A stretch of 36,131 bases of DNA from a virus (Duplodnaviria; Caudoviricetes): IMG/VR virus record IMGVR_UViG_3300030376_007529, positions 1 to 36,131 of that record; one strand, 5' to 3'. This document shows, piece after piece, positions 26,409 to 34,208 of this stretch. Position numbers and translations under genes: made by a program. Each line of letters opens with the position of its first letter. Position 1 is the first letter of the stretch. The notes below the pieces were generated by a model. That model did no database searches. It was given only the letters and a program-made list of their open reading frames with translations, and had not been told where the DNA came from.

Positions 26409-26762
26409 CTAGTTTGAAGTTATATCATCAGGGTAAGCCTCATTATATGAGAACTCTAATGTTTCAATCCAATTTAATATCTCTCCTTTATAACAATAGT
26501 CATAAGTAAATGCTTTATCAGTTTCAGATACAGTTTGTAGTCTTAATGCTTCATCAAGATATTTAAATGCGAATTCTTCTGTAGCACCTTCAACACCTTC
26601 TTCTTGTAAATCAAGAATATTTAATCCGATTGTATCAAAGGTTTCTGAGTTAGCATTAGGAAATAATGCATAAAGTTCTCTGCCTTCATTGTCCTGATTC
26701 ATAGGAACAATTACTCCGGCAGATAACATAAGTTTAAAAATAAGTAATGTAAGTGTTTTCAT
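26409..26762 (-). CDS. Hypothetical protein
   Basis: 117-aa ORF, hydrophobic N-terminus, DYCYKGEILNWI motif, tandem TAG TAA stop. Confidence 0.7.
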   Translation of the reverse strand: MKTLTLLIFKLMLSAGVIVPMNQDNEGRELYALFPNANSETFDTIGLNILDLQEEGVEGATEEFAFKYLDEALRLQTVSETDKAFTYDYCYKGEILNWIETLEFSYNEAYPDDITSN

Positions 26763-26776
26763 AATAAATGGTTTAA

Positions 26777-26896
26777 TTAATTTTCTTTGGAATCTTTTTT
26801 ATGTTTTACCTTACGGTAATACTTTTTTTTATTCCTTTCAACCCTATGCTTCATAGCGTCTTGAATTTCTTTTTGGGTAACAATAATCTTTTTCAT
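26777..26896 (-). CDS. 39-aa basic peptide with ArfA-like motif (not in ORF track)
   Basis: MKKIIVTQKEIQDAMKHRVERNKKKYYRKVKHKKDSKEN*; TTAAACC leader. Confidence 0.65.
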   Translation of the reverse strand: MKKIIVTQKEIQDAMKHRVERNKKKYYRKVKHKKDSKEN

Positions 26897-27046
26897 AAGG
26901 TTTGGTTTAAGTGATTAAAAGTGATTTAAAAGTGGTTGCTTTGCTTATGCCAATTATCTTCACGATGGATTAAGTAACTTGTCATAAACTAATTTACTAA
27001 AGGGGAACATTGCATTACACCTGGCCAAGGAAACCTCGTTCTATAT

Positions 27047-27301
27047 TTATGCAACCACTTGTTTCTTGATAATACCTATTACAGTATCATATTCATCATG
27101 ATGACTGCAACATATGTATCCATTATCAGGGTCTGATGCACTACATAATACTTCAGAATCATGATGATGAATAACTAATCTACCTGATATAGACCAGCTA
27201 TCATGTATGCATATTTCTAGACCATCATCTTCTTCATATGGTAAAGAGTTTAGATACTTGATGTAATGTTCTGCTTTTTTTGTTGTATTAAATATTATCA
27301 T
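27047..27301 (-). CDS. Hypothetical protein (start re-called to ATG 27301)
   Basis: MIIFNTTKKAEHYI...; Cys/His-rich; the track GTG start lies inside a hairpin. Confidence 0.6.
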   Translation of the reverse strand: MIIFNTTKKAEHYIKYLNSLPYEEDDGLEICIHDSWSISGRLVIHHHDSEVLCSASDPDNGYICCSHHDEYDTVIGIIKKQVVA

Positions 27302-27561
27302 GGCTAAAGAGTTTAAATTTAAATGTGGTGTTTTAGGCTGACCTGCCTTTCGCACACCACAAGCGAAATAGTTTTCATTCAGTTGGATAAACTATAACCT
27401 TTATAATTACCGTCCCACCTGTCCTATGCTGCAGCATTATACAGGTTCAAACCATAGCCTCCGTCACGGTATTAATGCCCTCTACCTCAAGGACAAATTA
27501 AGTGGTAGTTTTTCAGGGTGGTCAACCCATTGGTTTATATGTATTACTACCAAACCATCTA

Positions 27562-27729
27562 TTAAGTTAAATCATCTTCATCTGTAAGTAGTTTTATTAA
27601 CTTCTTACGTCTCTCTTCTGCAATATCACATTGTTGACATATATGAACTTCATCACAAGTACATGTCAATTCTGGACTAATGCTATATAACATTGCTCTA
27701 TCCATAGCATCTTCAAACATTTCTCCCAT
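27562..27729 (-). CDS. 55-aa putative zinc-binding micro-protein (not in ORF track)
   Basis: MGEMFEDAMDRAMLYSISPELTCTCDEVHICQQCDIAEERRKKLIKLLTDEDDLT*. Confidence 0.65.
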   Translation of the reverse strand: MGEMFEDAMDRAMLYSISPELTCTCDEVHICQQCDIAEERRKKLIKLLTDEDDLT

Positions 27730-27767
27730 GTAAATAAATTTTAAGTGAATAATAATAATATAATAGA

Positions 27768-28533
27768 GTGCAATCTATTTGCACACTGAATTAGATAGAC
27801 ACAGATGGGTTGAGGTGATCAAGTCCCAAGGCAACTGTGTCCTTTAATGTCAGGCAGACTCATTGAACTTACTAAAGATTGAATTCAAAGTATCATCTTT
27901 CAAGTAAGGTGTTCTGCCACCTTTTGTAATATTCCGAATGATCTAGGTTTTGGATTTCCGGGTTAATATCATATTCCTATATAGAGACTAAGAAAGAATC
28001 ATAGGAAGAATATAAGTACTGTCTAACATAATACATAGGATAGCACATCCTATATACTCTTTGATAGTTCCAGTGAAGTTAGGTATTACACATAGTGTTA
28101 TCATAGCTATATATATATTATAGAGTTATAAAAAAATTATGTGTGCAAAAGTGGTAATAAGTGGTATATTTGATCTCACTTATTCTTTTACACACACAAA
28201 AGAATAAAATTAAATCATTTCTGTTGCCAAGCTGACTAAACTCCGTGCATTGTTGCACAATTAGGTAGTTAGACTACCCGTTTGGGTTAGATAACCACTC
28301 CGCAAGAGTAATTATCCCATTGTTATTGGTATACATGGTTGAATAAGTATTAATGGTTAGTAAATAGATTTATAAGAGGTAGTGTGCAAGGTTGCGACCC
28401 TTTGTTTACAATCTAAATGATTGATGGAATATCAGGTTTAGCCTGCCGTTCCAAAGCAGGAAAACACACTACCATTCTAACAGAGCAAGTAGTTATGCTC
28501 TGTTAGCTGATAGGTTAACCTCAATTAAGAGGT
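27768..28533 (-). ncRNA. Candidate structured non-coding RNA region
   Basis: About 770 nt with no ORF in the track and more than 10 inverted repeats, several nested; family not recognised; strand tentative (from G-U pairs). Confidence 0.4.
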
Positions 28534-28544
28534 GAAGACTCCTC

Positions 28545-28820
28545 TTACAGAGTAAGAGTGTCTTCCACGTTGGTAGTATTACCAAGGTGCACAGAGTGAC
28601 AAGCAAACGGTTCACCGTTTTCTTTGACACCTTCCACCCAAGAGACATATAAGTCCCTGGATAACTTCTCAACTTTAGATGAGACGTGTCCGGACTTGTC
28701 AGTTCCTGGAATTACAAAGAATCTTCCTTGATTCTGTGGATTACGGATGATTTGCATTGTTGATGCTCCTGCATTGTTAATGAAATCTGTTATTGGCATT
28801 GTGTTGCTAAACTTTGTCAT
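28545..28820 (-). CDS. First gene of the early arm; conserved crAss-like small protein
   Basis: TM.I.DF.......QI.RNP....FF......G.VS pattern recalled from crAss-like phages; higher GC than the rest. Confidence 0.7.
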   Translation of the reverse strand: MTKFSNTMPITDFINNAGASTMQIIRNPQNQGRFFVIPGTDKSGHVSSKVEKLSRDLYVSWVEGVKENGEPFACHSVHLGNTTNVEDTLTL

Positions 28821-28954
28821 GATATAAAATTTTAGGGTTAAAACTTGTGGGGATACCCCACTGTCAAACTTTAGCCGGGGAGCAGAATGCTAGGACCTAA
28901 CGCTTATGCAATACATACAATTTTTCAATAGGGGTAAAAAATTTTAATTAATAG

Positions 28955-29323
28955 TTGGGGGAGTCAGAAGAAATGAGTATCTTTTCATATAAAGAATATT
29001 TCATGGAGGAAGAACCAGAAGAATATGATGAAGGACTTACTGAGCAGGAAAAGGCTGAGTTTGAAAAGGTGCTATTAGAAAAGGCTTATGATAATACTTA
29101 CAGGATGCTCACTGAAAAAATAACATTAGATGAGTTGATGGATGAGAAGAGTATTCTTGGTATGGCCGCTCTATTAGCTTATGATCCTGAAAGGGGTATC
29201 CGGAAACATGAGCTTGAAGGTACTATTGAGTATTATATAGATATAGAGGAGTATGAAAAATGTGCAACGTTAAAAAAGATTTTAAATGAAAAGTATCCTG
29301 AGACAGTTATTGATAATACTTAG
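28955..29323 (+). CDS. Acidic protein with C-terminal UVR-like motif (true start probably ATG 29003)
   Basis: YYIDIEEYEKCATLK. Confidence 0.7.
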   Translation: MGESEEMSIFSYKEYFMEEEPEEYDEGLTEQEKAEFEKVLLEKAYDNTYRMLTEKITLDELMDEKSILGMAALLAYDPERGIRKHELEGTIEYYIDIEEYEKCATLKKILNEKYPETVIDNT

Positions 29324-29414
29324 CTTGCTTATGGCAAGCTTCATCTAGACGTTGCGTACATCGTAGTTCATAAGTTCATCAGCCATTAAACTTTTATTAG
29401 TTAAACTTTTTCTG

Positions 29415-29422
29415 TATATTTG
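29415..29422 (+). promoter_or_regulatory. Bacteroidota -7 promoter box for the plus-strand operon
   Basis: Exact TATATTTG, 23 nt before ATG 29446. Confidence 0.6.
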
Positions 29423-29445
29423 ATTGAATTTTAAAATCAAATATT

Positions 29446-29757
29446 ATGAGTAATGAAACTAACGTTCAGGGAGAGGAGAAAATGTCACCTGAAGAAATCA
29501 AGAAACGTAGAGCTGAAATAACTAAATATTACAAAGAGCAGATTGTTCATTTGAAGGTTCAGTGTGAATATGAAAAACTATTGACTGAACTTGAAGAATC
29601 TAGAGCTAAAAGATTACAAGCGCAGGCTTTTGTTGCTCAAGCATATGAAGCTATGAACGCTCCAGACGAAGAAGAAGAAGATTTTAATCCACAAGGTGAC
29701 TTTGAGAATGTTATGAAAAAGGAAATGGGTAAGAAAAGAAAACTTAAAACAACATGA
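29446..29757 (+). CDS. Coiled-coil hypothetical protein
   Basis: 103-aa helical ORF with ATGA overlap to the endolysin. Confidence 0.75.
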   Translation: MSNETNVQGEEKMSPEEIKKRRAEITKYYKEQIVHLKVQCEYEKLLTELEESRAKRLQAQAFVAQAYEAMNAPDEEEEDFNPQGDFENVMKKEMGKKRKLKTT

Positions 29758-30683
29758 AGCTATTATTGAAAGGAGCTAGAGGTCCTGAAGTTGTAAAACT
29801 ACAGAAACTTCTAAACATAGTAGCTGATGGTATTTTTGGTCCAGCTACAGAAAAGGCTGTTATGAGATATCAGTTGGAAAAACAACTAAAGGTTGACGGT
29901 GTTGTTGGAAACAATACTTGGCACATGTTAACTTTATCAAAAGGTAACAATGAAGCAATTGATGAGGATACGGATATTCAAAGTCAGTTCTTTAAAACGA
30001 ACTTTAATCAACAGATTCATCGTTATTATTTAGATAAAGGAGAATACTTATCTAAACCGGGTAAGAATGAATACTGTTTCTTACATCATACTGCAGGAAG
30101 AGAAGATCCATATAAGGTTATTGATCATTGGAACAGGGATACCAGGGGGAGAGTTTCAACGGAATTTGTTGTCGGGGGTCAATCTCATAAAAACGGAGAA
30201 GACTCTAATGACGGAATAGTAGTACAAGCTTTTCCAGAGAGTGGATATGGCTGGCATTTGGGTAAAACTGGATCAGGTTATATGAATAGACATTCTATAG
30301 GTATAGAAATATGTTCTGCTGGGTATCTTACAGAAACAGATAAAGGTACATATAAGACTTATTTTAACTCAACAGTTGCAGATTCACAGGTGCTAAAGTT
30401 AGACGAACCCTTTAGAAGGAAGATTGCTTGGCATTCATACTCTGATAAACAAATGGAAGAAGTTAAAAAGCTTCTAGAGTACATTCAAGAAAGAGATGGC
30501 ATTGATATGAGAATTGGATTACGTCAATGGATAAAGAAATATGGTCCTATAAAAGCATTTGGATTTCAAGAAGATGCATACTATGGTAAAGTAAAAGGTC
30601 TTTTGACACATACCAATGTAAGAAAAGATAAAACAGATTGTTATCCAGATCAAAGATTAGTTGATATAATATTAAGCTTATAA
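29754..30683 (+). CDS. Endolysin: PG_binding_1 domain plus N-acetylmuramoyl-L-alanine amidase (Amidase_2)
   Basis: G.RGPEV.KLQ..L...ADGIFGPAT..AV..YQ...L.VDGVVG..TW; LHHTAG, WHLG, SIGIEIC, THTNV..DK.DC.P. Confidence 0.9.
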   Translation: MKLLLKGARGPEVVKLQKLLNIVADGIFGPATEKAVMRYQLEKQLKVDGVVGNNTWHMLTLSKGNNEAIDEDTDIQSQFFKTNFNQQIHRYYLDKGEYLSKPGKNEYCFLHHTAGREDPYKVIDHWNRDTRGRVSTEFVVGGQSHKNGEDSNDGIVVQAFPESGYGWHLGKTGSGYMNRHSIGIEICSAGYLTETDKGTYKTYFNSTVADSQVLKLDEPFRRKIAWHSYSDKQMEEVKKLLEYIQERDGIDMRIGLRQWIKKYGPIKAFGFQEDAYYGKVKGLLTHTNVRKDKTDCYPDQRLVDIILSL

Positions 30684-30684
30684 T

Positions 30685-31041
30685 ATGGCAGAAGTAATAA
30701 AAGTAGATCATAAGGTTAAAACTACATTAGATAAGAGTGTTAAGTATCAGATATTAACCTATTGTTTTTTTAATGATGTACAAATTAGCAATGCAGATCT
30801 TAAATGTTTAACTGAATTGGCAAATACGGGTGAGTATGAGCTCACCCTATTTTGCAAAATAGCAACAGATAAAGATATATTTAAAAGCCCTCAATCAGCA
30901 AGAAATGCAATAACTAAAGCTGCAAAGAAAGGACTCATTGTTAAAAATGGAAAAAATAAAAAAACAGTAAAAGTTTCTGAGAAATTAAATATACAGAATA
31001 AGGGTATTGTTCTTCTAGATTATAAAATATTAGGAGTATGA
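30685..31041 (+). CDS. Putative winged-helix DNA-binding protein
   Basis: SPQSARNAITKAAKKGLI recognition-helix-like segment. Confidence 0.6.
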   Translation: MAEVIKVDHKVKTTLDKSVKYQILTYCFFNDVQISNADLKCLTELANTGEYELTLFCKIATDKDIFKSPQSARNAITKAAKKGLIVKNGKNKKTVKVSEKLNIQNKGIVLLDYKILGV

Positions 31042-31211
31042 ATAGAAGTATTATACAGATTGAAGATGAATATCTAAAGATTAAGGGTGGGGATTTTTCT
31101 AATTGGTATTCAAAACTTACCAAGGTTGAAAAATTAAGATTCAATACTGTATTATTATCTATGAGAGACAAGTTTCATAAAAATAAAAGTAATGATCCCC
31201 AAAAATCATAA
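31038..31211 (+). CDS. 57-aa hypothetical protein (not in ORF track)
   Basis: ATGA overlap with the upstream stop; MNRSIIQIEDEYLKIKGGDFSNWYSKL...; fills the gap in a plus-strand operon. Confidence 0.6.
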   Translation: MNRSIIQIEDEYLKIKGGDFSNWYSKLTKVEKLRFNTVLLSMRDKFHKNKSNDPQKS

Positions 31212-31560
31212 GATATTTAAAGAAGGAATAGCAAATGAAGTTGAAGTACATGAAAATGTAGTTGATGATTTTATAAGTTTTTATTATAGTAATGTGAGAC
31301 AAGCATTATCTAGCTTAGAACATAACAAAGTATTTGTTGATGGTTTAGGTACATTTACTTTAAGAAAAGCAAGAATTGAAAAATCAATTATAAAAAATAA
31401 AAGTTATTTGGGTAATTTAGAAAAGAATACTTATAAGGGATATGATAAAAGTATTTCAGTCAAAAATAAAATAGAAAAATTAGAAAAAGCATTAGATCTA
31501 ATTACAGAATCAATAGATAAAAGAAAAGAATTCAAAAATAAAAAGAATGGGACTTCTTGA
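31192..31560 (+). CDS. IHF/HU-like DNA-binding protein
   Basis: IANEV......VDDFI....VRQAL....VFVDGLGTFTL. Confidence 0.7.
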   Translation: MIPKNHKIFKEGIANEVEVHENVVDDFISFYYSNVRQALSSLEHNKVFVDGLGTFTLRKARIEKSIIKNKSYLGNLEKNTYKGYDKSISVKNKIEKLEKALDLITESIDKRKEFKNKKNGTS

Positions 31561-31867
31561 TATACTTAAAAATAGAAAACTAATATTAGAAGGAATAACT
31601 AATAAGCTATTTAAAAAAGAACATGTTGAAGCTATAGCAGGAGAAAGGTGGGCAATATGTAAAGAATGTGAATATTTAAGTAAAGATTCAGAAGGATGTG
31701 CAGTACCTGGTACTGAGCCTTGTTGTTCAGATTGTGGTTGTTCATTAGGATTTAAATTAAGATCATTATCAAGCTCATGTCCTCAAGGACATTGGGATGC
31801 AATAATGTCAGAAGATGAAGAAGATAAATTAGAAATACCAGAAGATGAAGAAGATAAAGAAAAGTGA
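31547..31867 (+). CDS. Cys-rich protein (DUF6171-like)
   Basis: R.AIC..C...C..CGC....K......CP..HW. Confidence 0.7.
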   Translation: MGLLDILKNRKLILEGITNKLFKKEHVEAIAGERWAICKECEYLSKDSEGCAVPGTEPCCSDCGCSLGFKLRSLSSSCPQGHWDAIMSEDEEDKLEIPEDEEDKEK

Positions 31868-32087
31868 TTGGATGAACCAATTAAGACAAGTTAAAGATGT
31901 AGTATATAAAGGTAATAGCTCAGATAAAAAAGAGTATAATTATATTTTTAATCATAAGACCTTTAGTCAAGATGTTCTAGAATTACGTAAAAGATATCCA
32001 AATGATCAAGACTTTGGATCTGCAGTTGATAAACTAATCAAAAAGCAATTTAACCCACCACCATTTCCAGGCGTGCAAAACTTATAA
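31845..32087 (+). CDS. Hypothetical protein
   Basis: 80-aa ORF with YPNDQDFG motif. Confidence 0.65.
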   Translation: MKKIKKSDWMNQLRQVKDVVYKGNSSDKKEYNYIFNHKTFSQDVLELRKRYPNDQDFGSAVDKLIKKQFNPPPFPGVQNL

Positions 32088-32089
32088 TT

Positions 32090-32902
32090 ATGGCTATAAA
32101 ATTTATAGAAGACGGACATGTGTATGAGAGCATAGATAATGATAATATTGATTGGTTAAGTGTAACCTCATTTATATCAAAGTTTAAACCTAAGTTTGAT
32201 CCTAAATCTCAAGCAAAAAAATCTGCAAAGAATAAAAGATCTAAGTGGTATGGTATGACAGAAAAAGAAATACTTGATGCCTGGGATAATGAAACTAAAC
32301 GTGCAATTAAACTAGGTAACTTTTATCATAATCAAAGAGAAAATGATATTCTTGACTTTAAGACTATTGAAAGAGAAGGAAAAGAAATACCAATTATTAG
32401 ACCTTTGGTTGATGAGAATACGGGAGTTAAGATTGCACCAGAACAAAGGTTATCTGACGGATTATATCCAGAACATTTAGTTTATTTAAAATCAGCAAAG
32501 CTTTGTGGACAAGCAGATCTTGTAGAAATTGTAAATAATACAATTAATATCACTGATTACAAGACAAATAAAGAAATAAAAGAAAAAGGTTTTACAAATT
32601 GGGAGGGTATAACTTCTAAGATGTTTAACCCTGTAGGACATTTGGATGATTGCAATTTAAATCATTATAACCTACAATTGAGTATTTATGCGTATATTAT
32701 TAGAAAGCACAATCCTAAACTTAAAATAGGTAAACTTACAGTTCAACATGTAAAGTTTAAACAAATAGGTGAAGATAAATATGGTTATCCAATTAATGAG
32801 CATATTAATGGAGAGCCAATATTGGAAGAGATTAAAATGTATGAACTTCCATATTTAAAACAAGAAGTAATAAGTATTATTAACTGGTTAAAAAATAAAT
32901 AA
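32090..32902 (+). CDS. PD-(D/E)XK nuclease
   Basis: SVTSFI, G.FYH, CGQADL, DYKT, HY.LQLSIY. Confidence 0.85.
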   Translation: MAIKFIEDGHVYESIDNDNIDWLSVTSFISKFKPKFDPKSQAKKSAKNKRSKWYGMTEKEILDAWDNETKRAIKLGNFYHNQRENDILDFKTIEREGKEIPIIRPLVDENTGVKIAPEQRLSDGLYPEHLVYLKSAKLCGQADLVEIVNNTINITDYKTNKEIKEKGFTNWEGITSKMFNPVGHLDDCNLNHYNLQLSIYAYIIRKHNPKLKIGKLTVQHVKFKQIGEDKYGYPINEHINGEPILEEIKMYELPYLKQEVISIINWLKNK

Positions 32903-33156
32903 TGGCATACACAAATAAATTAGATACTAGTATTATAATAGAGACGCAAACTGTAAATGCAGATACCGGGACTGTTATAAAGTCAAGTGTAGCTGCAGAA
33001 TCTACAATTGAATTAGCTGATGTTAAAGCATATCATACATATGTTAGAGCAGATGGTACTATTATACCAACATTTTGTACTTTAATAATGAGCGGTGGTG
33101 AAAAATTAATTGTTTCAAATACATATGCTGCAATAGATGCTCTAATAAACCCATAA
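32902..33156 (+). CDS. Hypothetical protein
   Basis: 84-aa ORF with TAATG coupling. Confidence 0.7.
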   Translation: MAYTNKLDTSIIIETQTVNADTGTVIKSSVAAESTIELADVKAYHTYVRADGTIIPTFCTLIMSGGEKLIVSNTYAAIDALINP

Positions 33157-33158
33157 TC

Positions 33159-33674
33159 ATGATAGTAAAACTTTTTGATATACAAAATGAAAAGGTTGTT
33201 TTAACAGAGCATTGTTATACTTTAGAATTTCTAAAGGGTGTTATGGAAAAATATCCTGATACGCATATGAGCATATATCAATATTTATTTTATATGACTT
33301 GCCCAGATCCTGAATCTAATCCATTTTTTAATTTGCCTGAACATGAAAAGGAAGACATTATTATAGAAGAAGTTGGTTTAGAAGAGTCAACAGAAGATCC
33401 AAAAATAAGATATGCTTTAGATATGTGCATGAAGATGTATGAAACTCCTACATTTAGAGCATATATGGGTATAAAAAGAGCATTAGATAATATGGCTACA
33501 TATATGGCTAATACTCAAATAACAGATGGTAGAGATGGTAATATATCTCAAATCCGTGCTGTAGCAAAAGACTTTGATGCTATACGTCAATCTTTTAAGG
33601 GAGCATACAAAGATTTAAAAGATGAACAAACAACCTCAGTACGTGGAGGTCAAGGATTAGCTTATGACCAATAG
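33159..33674 (+). CDS. Conserved phage protein, possible terminase small subunit
   Basis: Helical; C-terminal VRGG; lies upstream of TerL; TerS role is inferred from position only. Confidence 0.55.
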   Translation: MIVKLFDIQNEKVVLTEHCYTLEFLKGVMEKYPDTHMSIYQYLFYMTCPDPESNPFFNLPEHEKEDIIIEEVGLEESTEDPKIRYALDMCMKMYETPTFRAYMGIKRALDNMATYMANTQITDGRDGNISQIRAVAKDFDAIRQSFKGAYKDLKDEQTTSVRGGQGLAYDQ

Positions 33675-33963
33675 AATTAAAATAGCATTGATACTTTCTT
33701 TAATGTGTTTAGCATGTTTATTTTTTATAAACACGCACGAAAATAAAGCAGAAATTATAGTAATAAAATGTGATAGCATAGAAAAAGAAAGGGATAGTTT
33801 AAGAAAAGAAATTAAAAATTTTGAAGTAGAAATAGAACTCTTGTCTAAAGATTATGATAGAATATATGAAGAGAATCAAGTGTTTACTTCAATGCTAGGT
33901 CAAATAGAAAATGAACCGGGTGGAAGTAAGATGTTAAAAGAATTATTTGATTCACATAACTAA
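33664..33963 (+). CDS. Membrane-anchored coiled-coil protein
   Basis: N-terminal TM IALILSLMCLACLFFI followed by heptad repeats. Confidence 0.65.
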   Translation: MTNRIKIALILSLMCLACLFFINTHENKAEIIVIKCDSIEKERDSLRKEIKNFEVEIELLSKDYDRIYEENQVFTSMLGQIENEPGGSKMLKELFDSHN

Positions 33964-33968
33964 TAGAC

Positions 33969-34208
33969 ATGGACAAAAAGAAAGTAAAAAATTTTATAGA
34001 GTTTTGCGCAGACAAAGTAGTACAAGAAAAGTTTCCTTTTCATACTTACTTGTATAATCCAGAAACAGATACTCATGTCTATACAAAAGAAGCACAGAAA
34101 TATTTTGATCTAACTATTGTAGAAATTAAAAATGAATTTAATAAACTAATAATTAATAAAGATGGAAAACCAAAAGATAGTACCTCTAGGAAGAAAGGTA
34201 TTGATTAA
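33969..34208 (+). CDS. Hypothetical protein
   Basis: 79-aa ORF in operon. Confidence 0.6.
   Translation: MDKKKVKNFIEFCADKVVQEKFPFHTYLYNPETDTHVYTKEAQKYFDLTIVEIKNEFNKLIINKDGKPKDSTSRKKGID

Noticed and set aside
6747-26509. Short plus-strand ORFs in the track (6747, 7748, 8359, 8760, 10921, 11288, 12890, 15590, 16616, 21286, 24072, 26006, 26312)
   Set aside because: Antisense shadows of well-supported minus-strand genes, mostly with alternative starts and no recognisable motifs
26926-26985. 19-aa micro-ORF MTSYLIHREDNWHKQSNHF on the minus strand
   Set aside because: Too short to distinguish from chance; no motif
27441-27460. GGTTCAAACC resembling a tRNA T-loop
   Set aside because: No 5-bp T stem or cloverleaf can be built; no tRNA recognised anywhere by eye (tRNAscan not run)
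26900-28540. CRISPR mini-array or regularly spaced repeat array
   Set aside because: Hairpins differ in sequence; no identical direct repeats with unique spacers
29322-29340. AGCTTGC-ttatg-GCAAGCT hairpin as an intrinsic terminator
   Set aside because: The stem is real but has no U tract; function cannot be assigned
30941-31171. 76-aa minus-strand ORF in the track
   Set aside because: Opposes a plus-strand operon; the coupled plus ORF 31038-31211 explains the gap better
32090-32902. Calling this nuclease Cas4
   Set aside because: No four-Cys Fe-S pattern and no CRISPR context; kept as generic PD-(D/E)XK
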